Position numbers and translations under genes: made by a program. The notes beneath the pieces are model-generated. The model was not told where the DNA came from, made no database searches, and was given only the letters and a program-made list of their open reading frames with translations. Positions 48,650 through 58,235 of a stretch of 64,000 nucleotides of DNA are shown here, piece after piece. Positions within the stretch are counted from its first letter, which is position 1, and the number at the start of each line of letters is the position of its first letter. The DNA lies in NCBI GenBank assembly GCA_036679605.1, contig JAZDCZ010000040.1:1-64000 (forward strand). The letters are read 5' to 3'. Source of the stretch: Gemmatimonadota bacterium. Lineage in GTDB: Bacteria > Gemmatimonadota > Gemmatimonadetes > Gemmatimonadales > GWC2-71-9.

Positions 48650-50101
48650 ATGGAGCCACCACTGCAGATCGAACAAGAGACCGCCCAAGTTGGACCATTG
48701 GAGCTTTCCGGTGAACAGATGCGGCTACTGGTTGACGCCGCAATGCAGAGAATAATCCCTCATATCGATTCACTTGCTAACCAACCGTCGGCGTACGCAC
48801 ACCGCGAGAGTGAACTCGCCCGATCGCTCATCGAATCGCTGCCGGAAAAGGGAGAGCAGCTCGACGATCTGCTCGATATGTTGTTCGAGCGAGTCATTCC
48901 CGAGAGTTTCAATACTGCCGGGCCGGGTTATCTGGCATACATACCGGGTGGTGGAGTCCTGCACGCCGCTGTTGCGGATCTTATCGCGAGTGCTGTCAAT
49001 CGGTATGTCGGTGTGTTTGTTGCCGCGCCAGGACTATCTCAACTCGAAGCCAACGTCATCCGCTGGTTTTGCGAGATCGTGGGATTCGGCAAAGGATCGG
49101 TCGGTTTCCTCACGAGTGGCGGATCGTTAGCCAATTTTTCTGCGGTAGTGACGGCACGAAGAGAACTGCTGCCGGAGAATTTTCTTTCGGGGACCATCTA
49201 CGCCTCCGATCAGACCCATCACTCGGTGATGAAGGCTGCAGTACTTGCTGGTTTCCCCGAGGGCAATGTACGGATGATTCCGTCGGACGACCTGTTTCGG
49301 ATTCGATTGGATGCGTTACAGGATCGTATTGCAGCAGACAGGTCGCGAGGCGAAGTGCCCTTCATGCTGGTTGGCAGCGCTGGGACGACCAACACCGGTG
49401 CCGTGGACGAACTCGACAAACTGGCCGACGTGGCGGGGCAGCATGGTATGTGGTTCCATGTGGACGCGGCGTACGGTGGGTTCTTCATGCTGACACAACG
49501 GGGCCGAGAAAAGTTGAGGGGAATCGAACGGTCTCATTCGGTAACGCTCGATCCTCACAAGGGTCTGTTTATGCCGTACGGATCGGGTTCGCTGCTGGTC
49601 AGGGACGGAGATGCGTTGCGGCGTGCCCACGCGATCGAGGCTGACTATCTCCCGCGAATGCAGGAAGAAGAAGACTTGGTTGATTTCTGCCAGGTCTCAC
49701 CCGAACTGTCTCGCCCGTTTAGGGGCCTCGCCATCTGGCTTCCGATAAAGATGCACGGCGTTGAACCGTTTCGAACGAACTTGGATGAGAAACTGGATCT
49801 GACCGAGTGGGCCACCGAGCAACTTCGTCAGATCGAGGGAATCGAGATCGTCGCCGAGCCGCAGCTATCGATAGTGGCGTTTAGGCTGTTGCGTCCAGGA
49901 GCGGGTCGAGACGAGCTGAACCGACTCAACCGTCAGTTTATCGACCGCATCAACGCTAGGAAGCGGATCTACCTGACCGGCACCGTTCTCGACGAACTCT
50001 TCACGCTCCGGATCTGCGTGCTGTCCTTCAGAACGCATATGGATCGGATGAAGGAGGGCTTGGGTGACATCAAGGCCGCAGCAGCAGAGAGTCTGCGGTG
50101 A
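48650..50101 (+). CDS. Group II PLP-dependent amino acid decarboxylase
   Basis: TSGGSLAN, AGTTNTGAVD, HVDAAYGG, DPHKGL. Confidence 0.92.
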   Translation: MEPPLQIEQETAQVGPLELSGEQMRLLVDAAMQRIIPHIDSLANQPSAYAHRESELARSLIESLPEKGEQLDDLLDMLFERVIPESFNTAGPGYLAYIPGGGVLHAAVADLIASAVNRYVGVFVAAPGLSQLEANVIRWFCEIVGFGKGSVGFLTSGGSLANFSAVVTARRELLPENFLSGTIYASDQTHHSVMKAAVLAGFPEGNVRMIPSDDLFRIRLDALQDRIAADRSRGEVPFMLVGSAGTTNTGAVDELDKLADVAGQHGMWFHVDAAYGGFFMLTQRGREKLRGIERSHSVTLDPHKGLFMPYGSGSLLVRDGDALRRAHAIEADYLPRMQEEEDLVDFCQVSPELSRPFRGLAIWLPIKMHGVEPFRTNLDEKLDLTEWATEQLRQIEGIEIVAEPQLSIVAFRLLRPGAGRDELNRLNRQFIDRINARKRIYLTGTVLDELFTLRICVLSFRTHMDRMKEGLGDIKAAAAESLR

Positions 50102-50217
50102 GCACCGCGCGGGTAGAACTCAAACGTTCGCTGAGACGGGTCTGAGCACGTAGTTTTCCTCCCGTGCGAAATATTTTTCCAACACCTATTCGAATTGGTA
50201 GCCTCCAGGAGTATTTT

Positions 50218-52827
50218 ATGAAATCGAGCGGCGTCTCATCCCGATTAACTTCCTTGTTGCTTGCCCTGACCGTCGTCTTTCCCTCTCTGGTACGGGGTCA
50301 GCAGATCCCGTCACCCGAATCCTTCTTCGGATTCCAGATGGGCGCCGACCGGAAGCTCGCGCGCTGGGACAAACTGGTCGAGTACTACAACCTCCTGGGC
50401 GATCAGAGTCCAAGGCTCGAAGTCGTGAACATGGGCCCCACGACGCTGGGGAACCCGTTCCTCGCGTTGTACATCTCGTCGCCCGACAATCTGGCCCGAT
50501 TGGAAGAGTTCAAGCAGTTGAACGCGAAGCTTAGCGATCCGCGCGGAGTGCCTGAGGCCGAGGTCGATAGAGCCATAGCCGAGGGTCGGGTCGTAGTGGT
50601 CCAGTCGATGGGGCTCCACTCGTCGGAGGTGGGCGCGAGCCAGATGGCCGCGGAGTTGATATACGACATGGTGACGCGCAACGATCAGGAGATGCTGCGA
50701 ATTCTGGACAACACGATTGCCATCATGATTCCGGCCTTTAACCCCGATGGCGAGATCATGGTCACCGACTGGTACAATGAGACCGTGGGGACGGAGTACG
50801 AGGGTGTGGGTCTGCCATGGCTGTATCACCACTACATCGGCCACGACAACAACCGCGACGCGTTCATGCAGAATACGATCGAGTCTTTTTACGGCGCAGA
50901 GATATTGTTCCGTGAGTGGTTTCCCCAGGCCTACATCGATCACCACCAGATGGGAGCCTACGGTGCCAGAATCTACGTACCGCCTTACGCGGAGCCGGTA
51001 CGTCCTGAAGGCGACCCGTTGGTGTGGCGAGAGATGAGTTGGTACGGTGCCCACATCGCCTACAAAGAGGAAGAGGAGGGGAAGTCTGGTGTTGTAAACG
51101 CAGCGATTTACTCTGGTTGGGGTCACTTCGGTTTCCACTGGATCACTCCGTTCCACAACATCGCGGGAATGCTCACCGAGTCGGCTAGTGCAAGGCTCGC
51201 GACACCACTGTTCCTGCATCCCGATCAGTTACAAGGCTCCCGGCGCGGCATGCCGGAATACGAAGAGCAGACGACGTTTCCAAATCCGTGGCCCGGTGGT
51301 TGGTGGCGCGTGCGCGACATCGTCGAACAGCAGAAGATCGCCGCGATCGCGGCACTCGACATCGCTGCGCGAAACCGGGCGACCGTACTCAAGAACGCCT
51401 ATCTCAAGGCCCAGCGGCAGACGGATCGTGGAGCAGCCGGTAAGCCGGCCGCGTTCGTCATACCGGCCGCGCAACATGACCTGCTCACCACGAAAAAGAT
51501 GGTGAACAAGCTGCTCGGTCAGGGGATCGACGTGCGACAGGCATCAGCTGGGTTCACGCACGAGGGGCGCGTGTATGATCCCGGTACGTTCGTCGTAACG
51601 ATGGCGCAACCTAAACGCGGCGTCATCCGCTGGCTGCTCGGCCGGACATTCTATCCCGACAATTCATACACCCGCGACCGGGAGGGCAATCCGATCCGTC
51701 CGTACGACATGTCGACAGACAACATTGCCGAGTACATGGGCGTTAGGGTGGACCCGGTCGACGCAATGGTTGAGGCGAACCTGGTTAGCGTGACCGACAC
51801 GATTGATCCGTCCGGGCAGGTGACAAAAGGTCGCTACGGTTATGTGCTTGACGGGCGTCTCAACGACAGCTTCAGAGCGGTGAACCTTCTGTGGGACAAG
51901 AAAGTCACGCTGCGGCGTGTAGATCGTGCATCCGTCGCTTTGCATCCGGGCGATTTCATCGTCTCCGCATCGGCGCCGGATGCACTGGTTAGCGAAGTGG
52001 CAAATGTGACTGGTGTGGACTTCGACGCGCTCGATGCCGATCCGTCAGGAGTTACCAGCCCGCTCGAACGCCGGCGGGTTGGGATGTATCAACGGTACTT
52101 CGGCGGAAACATCGACGAGGGATGGACCCGTTGGTTGCTGGAACATTTCAAGTTTCCGTACACCACCCTCAAAGATGCCGAGATCAAAGACAGCAAGTTG
52201 AGTGACAAGTACGATGTGATCATTCTCCCGGCCGATAACATTGCGCGGATGACGGGCGAGAGGCCGTCCGGTCGCGCGAGTGGAAGATTCTTCGGTGGTG
52301 GTCCCGATGCATATCCGCCGGAGTATCGCAGCGGGTTCGGGCAGGAGGGCGTCGACGCGCTGGAGGCCTTCGTAGAGAATGGCGGCACACTACTGACGTT
52401 CGCCGAGGCTAGCTCGCTTCCGATCGAGAAATTCGGCTTGCCGATCCGCAATGTGGTGGCCAATGTGCCGTCTAGGGAGTTCTGGTCACCCGGATCGACG
52501 CTCAGAGTGAAGGTCGACAACACAAACCCACTTGCGTACGGCATGCCGGGCGATGCGCTTGCGTTGTTCCTCAACAGCAATCAGGCGTACCGGATCCTCC
52601 CCAGCGACAGGAACCATCGCATCGAGCGGATCGTGACGTTCGTGGATCGCGACATCATGCAGAGTGGATGGCTGATAGGCGAAGACGTGATCGCCGAGAA
52701 GGCGGCGATGGTGTCGGTGGGGCACGGTCAGGGGAAGGTCGTGATGATCGGTTTCCGGGCGCAGCACCGGGCGCAGACGCACGGCACCTTCAAGCTGGTC
52801 TTCAATGCGCTGGTGATGGGGCGGTAG
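50218..52827 (+). CDS. Secreted M14-family zinc carboxypeptidase-like protein
   Basis: Signal peptide; HSSE, NPDG, GHDNNRD, DHHQMG; C-terminal GATase-like domain. Confidence 0.9.
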   Translation: MKSSGVSSRLTSLLLALTVVFPSLVRGQQIPSPESFFGFQMGADRKLARWDKLVEYYNLLGDQSPRLEVVNMGPTTLGNPFLALYISSPDNLARLEEFKQLNAKLSDPRGVPEAEVDRAIAEGRVVVVQSMGLHSSEVGASQMAAELIYDMVTRNDQEMLRILDNTIAIMIPAFNPDGEIMVTDWYNETVGTEYEGVGLPWLYHHYIGHDNNRDAFMQNTIESFYGAEILFREWFPQAYIDHHQMGAYGARIYVPPYAEPVRPEGDPLVWREMSWYGAHIAYKEEEEGKSGVVNAAIYSGWGHFGFHWITPFHNIAGMLTESASARLATPLFLHPDQLQGSRRGMPEYEEQTTFPNPWPGGWWRVRDIVEQQKIAAIAALDIAARNRATVLKNAYLKAQRQTDRGAAGKPAAFVIPAAQHDLLTTKKMVNKLLGQGIDVRQASAGFTHEGRVYDPGTFVVTMAQPKRGVIRWLLGRTFYPDNSYTRDREGNPIRPYDMSTDNIAEYMGVRVDPVDAMVEANLVSVTDTIDPSGQVTKGRYGYVLDGRLNDSFRAVNLLWDKKVTLRRVDRASVALHPGDFIVSASAPDALVSEVANVTGVDFDALDADPSGVTSPLERRRVGMYQRYFGGNIDEGWTRWLLEHFKFPYTTLKDAEIKDSKLSDKYDVIILPADNIARMTGERPSGRASGRFFGGGPDAYPPEYRSGFGQEGVDALEAFVENGGTLLTFAEASSLPIEKFGLPIRNVVANVPSREFWSPGSTLRVKVDNTNPLAYGMPGDALALFLNSNQAYRILPSDRNHRIERIVTFVDRDIMQSGWLIGEDVIAEKAAMVSVGHGQGKVVMIGFRAQHRAQTHGTFKLVFNALVMGR

Positions 52828-52937
52828 AACACAAAGACGGTAGGAAAAGGGCGGTAAAACTGGGCGGTAGAAAAGGCGGTAGGAACTGAGGCGGTAGGAG
52901 AAGAGGCGGTAGAACTGGACGGTAGGACAACCTACCG
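52820..52937. repeat. Eight imperfect copies of G(G/A)CGGTA(G/A) at 12-16 nt spacing, ending in a CGGTAGG/CCTACCG hairpin
   Basis: Read directly; the first copy contains the M14 gene stop codon. Confidence 0.85.
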
Positions 52938-52980
52938 GTGAGTGGTTGCGCCGGCGATTCATAAAATCATATGGTGAGAT

Positions 52981-53115
52981 ATGAAATACGAATCCAAAGG
53001 AACGACAAGCCCGCTCCGTGCACTGATTGGACTCGTCCGGCACAGGATGGATGTAGAGCGGTACCTTGATGAGGCGAGGGGTCCAGGATGGAGTGCGGAG
53101 CTGGACGAGGCATGA
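52981..53115 (+). CDS. 44-aa mini-antitoxin (AbrB/MazE paralog with the DNA-binding domain deleted in frame)
   Basis: MKYESKGTTSPLRALIGLVRHRMDVERYLDEARGPGWSAELDEA aligns with both termini of 57969-58235; may be a pseudogene. Confidence 0.6.
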   Translation: MKYESKGTTSPLRALIGLVRHRMDVERYLDEARGPGWSAELDEA

Positions 53116-53151
53116 CCACCGCCGCTCGACAGCTTGGAGAACCTAGTCGAA
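53112..53151 (+). pseudogene. Remnant of a PIN toxin gene 5' end
   Basis: ATGACCACCGCCGCTCGACAGCTTGG...CCTAGTCGAAG resembles ATGATCACCGCTGTCGACAGCTCGG...CCTAGTCGAAG at 58232. Confidence 0.7.
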
Positions 53152-53277
53152 GCGTAGCCGAATGCGGAGCGATCGTACTGCGCCGCACTTGCGATCGTAT
53201 GTCCGGAGCCCCATCCTGTCAGACAAAGACATACTACGCCGGTGGTTCTGGGACCCCGCCGCCGTACTGACGCCGTG

Positions 53278-53331
53278 TAGGACGCCCCTCTAGGACGCCC
53301 CTCTAGGACGCCCCTCTAGGACGCCCCTCTA
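53278..53331. repeat. 13-bp tandem repeat x4 (TAGGACGCCCCTC)
   Basis: Exact copies read directly. Confidence 0.95.
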
Positions 53332-53406
53332 CGCGTCCGGCCGACGACGACATCTCTGGGCTACAGACGACACCTGTTAGTCGATTGTTCGGCCTGGAGG
53401 TTCGTT

Positions 53407-53820
53407 ATGAAGATGTGGTCTGCTCTGGCCCTGACCTTCCTCGCCTGTGGCGGCGGGCAGAGCTTTGTTCCTGAGATTCCCGAGCTCCCACCAGCCCCGC
53501 TTGGGTTGGACCCCGACCTGGTTGCAACGCTTGGGAACCGACCTGTGTCGGCGGAGAAGGTGGCCTTGGGTTGGCAGCTATTCTATGACTCCCGCTTGTC
53601 CAAAGACGGGACGATCAGTTGCGCATCGTGTCACGTTGGGCGAGCCGGGTTCGCTGATCCGAGACAAGGCTCGGTCGGCGTCGGCGGAGCTGTCGGTGAT
53701 CGCAACGCACCAACGGTCATTAACGCCGCCTTCAATGCTTCACAGAGCGCCGCGGCTGCCATTCGACGAATCGGAAGCGACGATGAGGTAGCCGGATGTC
53801 CAGAGCAACTTGCTGAGTGA
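53407..53820 (+). pseudogene. N-terminal fragment of a cytochrome c peroxidase/MauG-family lipoprotein
   Basis: GGAGG RBS; FLAC lipobox; LGWQLFYDSRLSKDGTISCASCH, RNAPTVINAAF; then diverges with no second heme domain. Confidence 0.85.
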
Positions 53821-54707
53821 CCACACCGGTGCCTAAGACGCTACTTGTTGCCGGGGCGGCTGGTAACCTTGGTCGTCACGTCGTCTGCGAGGCTGTTGGC
53901 CGCGGACATCTTGTTCGCACGCTAGTCCACCGAACCCCACTTCCTGAAGATCTCGCTGCAGTTGTCACTGAGCAAGTCTGTGCTGACGCGCTCGACCAGT
54001 CACAACTCACAGGCGTGTGTGATGGTGTGCATACGGTATTCTCGTGTCTAGGCGCCAGCATCTCGCCCAGCTTCGCCAAAGGGCGACGGAGCTACACTCG
54101 CGTTGATGCGCCGGCAAACCGCAACTTGATCGATGCCGCACTTGCCGCAGGCGTCAAGAGGTTCGTGTATGTGAGTGTGGCGTGTCACGATCGGCTCGGC
54201 CACCTCAATTACGTTCGTGCTCACGAGCAAGTTGTTTCCGTATTGGCAGCGAGTGGTTTGGATTATTCGGTGGTTCGACCCACCGGCTTTTTCTCTGCAT
54301 TCGCCGAGGTTCTAACAATGGCCGCGAAGGGTCCGGTGCCGCTGATCGGGGAGGGATCGGCGAGGACCAACCCCATCCATGATGCCGATGTGGCGGCCGT
54401 GTGCGTTGATGCGGTCGAGGGCCAGGAGTGCGCGGAGGACGTGGGCGGGCCAGAGACACTTACTCGACGCGAGATTGTCGAGCTAGCATTCGACGCCCTT
54501 GGAAAGCGGGCCCGAATGCCGGCCATGCCGGCCGCCGTAGTTCCATTGGTTGCCCTCCTGATGCGACCTGTCAACCCGCGTATGTCACACCTCTCGTCCT
54601 TCCTTGCCGCAGTCTCGACACAGGATGTTCTTGCGCCGAGTAGCGGCAGGCGTACGCTTTCGGCCTACTTCGCTGAGCGAATGCGTCAGAGCGTTGGATC
54701 TGGATAG
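53817..54707 (+). CDS. Atypical SDR/NmrA-like NAD(P)-binding oxidoreductase
   Basis: VAGAAGNLG, GVKRFVYVS, VRPTGFF, NPIHDADVA, GGPE. Confidence 0.9.
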   Translation: MTTPVPKTLLVAGAAGNLGRHVVCEAVGRGHLVRTLVHRTPLPEDLAAVVTEQVCADALDQSQLTGVCDGVHTVFSCLGASISPSFAKGRRSYTRVDAPANRNLIDAALAAGVKRFVYVSVACHDRLGHLNYVRAHEQVVSVLAASGLDYSVVRPTGFFSAFAEVLTMAAKGPVPLIGEGSARTNPIHDADVAAVCVDAVEGQECAEDVGGPETLTRREIVELAFDALGKRARMPAMPAAVVPLVALLMRPVNPRMSHLSSFLAAVSTQDVLAPSSGRRTLSAYFAERMRQSVGSG

Positions 54708-54821
54708 CGCGGCCTGGCATACAGGTGCCTCGTGACGGCTGTACTGGCGTTCTTTGGTGTTGCCCCACATCATTCGAGAGGGGAACGTCGTCTTAGGGAC
54801 TACTAGTGGGAGGCCGCCCTC

Positions 54822-56192
54822 ATGGCCGACCAACTCGATCGTCTGCGGACTGCTCTACAGGCTGGGGCTACCGGACCGTTCGCCACCCGTTCCGACTGTT
54901 ACGCCATCGAGCGAGAACTCGGCCGCGGCGGGATGGCGATTGTATACCTTGCCGAAGATCTGAAGCACCACCGTAAGGTGGCGGTAAAAGTGCTGCGCCC
55001 CGACCTGGCAGTGTCGCTCGGGAGCGGACGCTTCCTTCGTGAGATCGAGATCGCGGCTCATCTCACTCATCCGCATATCCTTACCGTTCTAGACTCCGGC
55101 AACGCCGCGGGCTTTCTCTACTTCGTAATGCCATACGTCGAGGGAGAGTCTCTACGTGACAAACTCACACGAGAAATCGAGTTGCCGATCGTGGAGGCTG
55201 TCAGAATTCTGCGAGACGTTGTAGACGCGCTGGTCTATGCGCACGATCACGGCGTGGTCCACCGTGACATCAAACCGGCCAATATCCTCATCTACCAAAA
55301 ACACGCCATGCTCACGGACTTTGGAGTTGCTAAGGCACTGAGCCACGCGTCTTCGGAAGAAGAACTGACTTCGGCTGGGATTGCGATCGGGACGCCCGAA
55401 TACATGGCCCCTGAACAGGCTGCAGCCGATCCACACATAGACCACAGGGCGGACATCTACTCAGTGGGGGCCGTTGCATACGAACTCCTGACAAGTCGTC
55501 CTCCATTCGCCGGAACGTCACCGCAAGCCGTACTTGCCGCTCAAATAACTGAGGCTCCCGAGCCGGTGATGAACCGGCGTGCGACTGTACCGCCGGATCT
55601 GGGCCAGGCAGTGATGAAATGTCTGGAGAAGAAGCCGGCTGATCGCTGGCAATCGTGCAACGAACTACTTACACAGCTCGAGTCACCGGAAATTGGAGGG
55701 CCATCAGGTCGCTCAGTACCCGCCTCAAGCGGGGTGGGTGCTGCAAATCCACGACATTCGATTGCAGTTCTGCCTTTTATCGATTTGAGTTCAGATGGAA
55801 ACAACGATTGCTTTGCAGATAGCATTGCAGCAGCGGTGATTGGGGAGCTTGCCAACGTGAGTGGTATCCGCGTAACTGCACGGACTTCCGCTTTTGCGTA
55901 CAAGGGTAAGAACCAAGACGTGCGCAGGATCGCAGCCCAACTCATGGTGAAGACTGTGCTCGAAGGAAGTGTGCTGCGGGTAGGGAACCGTGTCCGGATC
56001 TCTGCCCAGCTCATAGATGCAACGGATGGGTTCCAGCTTTGGTCGCAAACCCATGACCGAGAATTGAACGACCCCCTTGCAGTGCACGAAGAAGTGGCGA
56101 GGGCAATAGCAGAAACCGTGCGCGCTGAGTTATGTGGCGAGGACGCGGTTGAGACAGATGCAGCCGTCATTCATGGTGACGGAGAAGACTAG
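54822..56192 (+). CDS. Ser/Thr protein kinase with C-terminal TolB-N-like (SIAVLPF) domain
   Basis: LGRGGMAIVY, VAVK, HRDIKPAN, DFG, GTPEYMAPE; SIAVLPF...EGSV...RVRISAQLI. Confidence 0.92.
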   Translation: MADQLDRLRTALQAGATGPFATRSDCYAIERELGRGGMAIVYLAEDLKHHRKVAVKVLRPDLAVSLGSGRFLREIEIAAHLTHPHILTVLDSGNAAGFLYFVMPYVEGESLRDKLTREIELPIVEAVRILRDVVDALVYAHDHGVVHRDIKPANILIYQKHAMLTDFGVAKALSHASSEEELTSAGIAIGTPEYMAPEQAAADPHIDHRADIYSVGAVAYELLTSRPPFAGTSPQAVLAAQITEAPEPVMNRRATVPPDLGQAVMKCLEKKPADRWQSCNELLTQLESPEIGGPSGRSVPASSGVGAANPRHSIAVLPFIDLSSDGNNDCFADSIAAAVIGELANVSGIRVTARTSAFAYKGKNQDVRRIAAQLMVKTVLEGSVLRVGNRVRISAQLIDATDGFQLWSQTHDRELNDPLAVHEEVARAIAETVRAELCGEDAVETDAAVIHGDGED

Positions 56193-56244
56193 GAAAAAAC
56201 AGCAAGCACGTATCTGCTTTTGCGTGTGTAGAAAGGAGGTAGCA

Positions 56245-57087
56245 GTGGGAGGATACGCACATCCCGAGGCTTTGGTTTCAACGCAGTGGGTGTCGGATCA
56301 CATCGACGATGCCAACGTTAGAGTCGTCGAAGTGGATGTTGACACCGAGGTCTACAAAGATGGTCACCTGCCCGGGGCAATCGCTTGGTCGTGGACCACA
56401 CAACTTCGTGACAGCGTGCTCAGAGATATAATCCCGAAGTCAGATTTCGAGGAACTCATGAGCTGTTCGGGAATCGCGAACGATTCTATCGTCGTGCTAT
56501 ACGGCGACAACAACAACTGGTTCGCAGCTTGGGCGTTCTGGCAGCTGAAAATCTATGGCCACGAGGAGGTACGTCTCATGAACGGTGGTCGCAACAAATG
56601 GATAGATGAAGGACGTCCGATTGCCGAGGAAGTTCCAGAAACCTCGATGACTTCTTATCAAGCCACAGGGCCCGACAGCGCGCTACGCGCGTTCCTGGGG
56701 GAGGTTAGAGCTGCGGTCGAGGAACGGGTTGTAGAACTTGTCGATGTGCGCAGTCCGCAGGAGTTCAGCGGAGAGGTGCTGGCTCCCCCCGGAATGCCCG
56801 AGACATGTCAGCGCGGTGGCCACATTCCGGGAGCCCGCAACATTACCTGGTCCAGGGCGTGCAACGAAGACGGTACCTTCAAGAGCTTTGAGGCACTGTC
56901 GCAGCTATATGAGGATGAGGGCATTACCGGAACGAAACCGATCATCACGTACTGTCGGATCGGCGAGCGGTCGAGCCACTCGTGGTTCGTCCTGAAATAC
57001 CTCTTGGGATTCGATCGGGTCGCAAACTACGACGGGAGTTGGACCGAGTGGGGCAATCTCGTAGGGGCACCGATCGAAAAGCCGTAG
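56245..57087 (+). CDS. Thiosulfate sulfurtransferase (tandem rhodanese)
   Basis: AAAGGAGG RBS with GTG; GHLPGA, GGHIPGA, YCRIGERS, YDGSWTEW. Confidence 0.95.
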   Translation: MGGYAHPEALVSTQWVSDHIDDANVRVVEVDVDTEVYKDGHLPGAIAWSWTTQLRDSVLRDIIPKSDFEELMSCSGIANDSIVVLYGDNNNWFAAWAFWQLKIYGHEEVRLMNGGRNKWIDEGRPIAEEVPETSMTSYQATGPDSALRAFLGEVRAAVEERVVELVDVRSPQEFSGEVLAPPGMPETCQRGGHIPGARNITWSRACNEDGTFKSFEALSQLYEDEGITGTKPIITYCRIGERSSHSWFVLKYLLGFDRVANYDGSWTEWGNLVGAPIEKP

Positions 57088-57183
57088 CCGCCAAGTACGG
57101 CTACATGCGAACGGTACCCGCCAAGAAGGTGAGATCATCTTGCTGTTAGGTCATCGAAGTTGCCAGGATAAGGAGCAGACCAG

Positions 57184-57603
57184 ATGCCACGCGTTCGCGG
57201 CATTCTAGAGACCGCGCTTTATGTGAATGAAATGGACCGAGCTACCGAGTTTTATCAGCGGGTGCTCGGGTTCGGCGTTTTGGATTCATCCGAGAGGCTC
57301 ACTGCGCTACGGGTTGCGACCGATCAAGTTCTCCTAGTCATCAAGAAGGGGTCCTCTGTCCGACCAACCGAGAAGCCGTTTGGCACGATTCCCCCCACTG
57401 ATGGAGACGGGCAACTGCACCTGGCCTTCGGGGTCGCGAAATCGGAGCTGCAAGATTGGGAGAACACCTTGCGGGCGAACGGGATCGAGGTGGAAAGCAA
57501 GTTGGAGTGGCCAGAAGGGGGATACAGTCTCTATTTCCGTGATCCGGACGGCCACATCTTGGAGCTCAAGACATCGGATTGGGGAGGGGCAGAGCTCGCG
57601 TAG
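57184..57603 (+). CDS. VOC/glyoxalase family protein
   Basis: ILETALYV, HLAF, SLYFRDPDGHILEL. Confidence 0.92.
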   Translation: MPRVRGILETALYVNEMDRATEFYQRVLGFGVLDSSERLTALRVATDQVLLVIKKGSSVRPTEKPFGTIPPTDGDGQLHLAFGVAKSELQDWENTLRANGIEVESKLEWPEGGYSLYFRDPDGHILELKTSDWGGAELA

Positions 57604-57791
57604 GGTGTTCTGTAGCGGCCTCCAGTACCATTCATCCCGTTCAGTCCCCGCCAATCCGTCGAGTTGCTTCCTGTTGGTTGGCAGATGCTTTGCATAAGAC
57701 GTTCCGAGACTTGCAGGGCCTTTCTCATCTTCATAAGCGACGGTTGGCCTCCTAGACTCGGCTGGGGGGCGAATCGAGGAGTCGTTAGGTA

Positions 57792-57893
57792 ACACGAGGG
57801 ATCATCATCGGTGGGGGTATCGGCGGGCTTTGCGTCGCCGACTCGCTGCAACGCGTCGGGATAGACGTCCGCGTCTACGAGGTCGCAGCGGGC
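57792..57893 (+). pseudogene. N-terminal remnant of an FAD-dependent oxidoreductase/monooxygenase
   Basis: Frame TRGIIIGGGIGGLCVADSLQRVGIDVRVYEVAA is a full Rossmann beta-alpha-beta unit; GAGGAG upstream but no start codon. Confidence 0.7.
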
Positions 57894-57968
57894 GGTAAGC
57901 ACTGGGAGGTACAACGGGCTACCGGTGGAATGGTTGTGCTTCCGATTCATAAATCATATATTCAGAAT

Positions 57969-58235
57969 ATGAAATATGCATTTAAAAGTAGGAAAAGCAG
58001 AGTCGGCGAGCGCGGTCAGGTCACGATTCCCAAGTCGCTCCGCACCCGATATGGGGTCAAGCCAGGGCACGAGGTCGTGTTTGAAGAGCACCGGGACGGT
58101 CTGCTGATCAGGAAGATCCCGCGGGAAGACCCGCTCCGTGGGCTGCTTGGACGGGTGCGACTCAAGATGGATGTAGATAAGTACCTCGAAGAGGCAAGGG
58201 GTCCGCGGTGGAGTGCTGAGTTGGACGAGGAATGA
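57969..58235 (+). CDS. AbrB/MazE/SpoVT family antitoxin
   Basis: VGERGQVTIPKSLR..YGVKPG.EV.F; ATGA overlap with the toxin gene. Confidence 0.92.
   Translation: MKYAFKSRKSRVGERGQVTIPKSLRTRYGVKPGHEVVFEEHRDGLLIRKIPREDPLRGLLGRVRLKMDVDKYLEEARGPRWSAELDEE

Noticed and set aside
52820..53331. Possible CRISPR array
   Set aside because: Repeat units are only 8 or 13 bp with no unique 25-45 bp spacers, and there are no cas genes.
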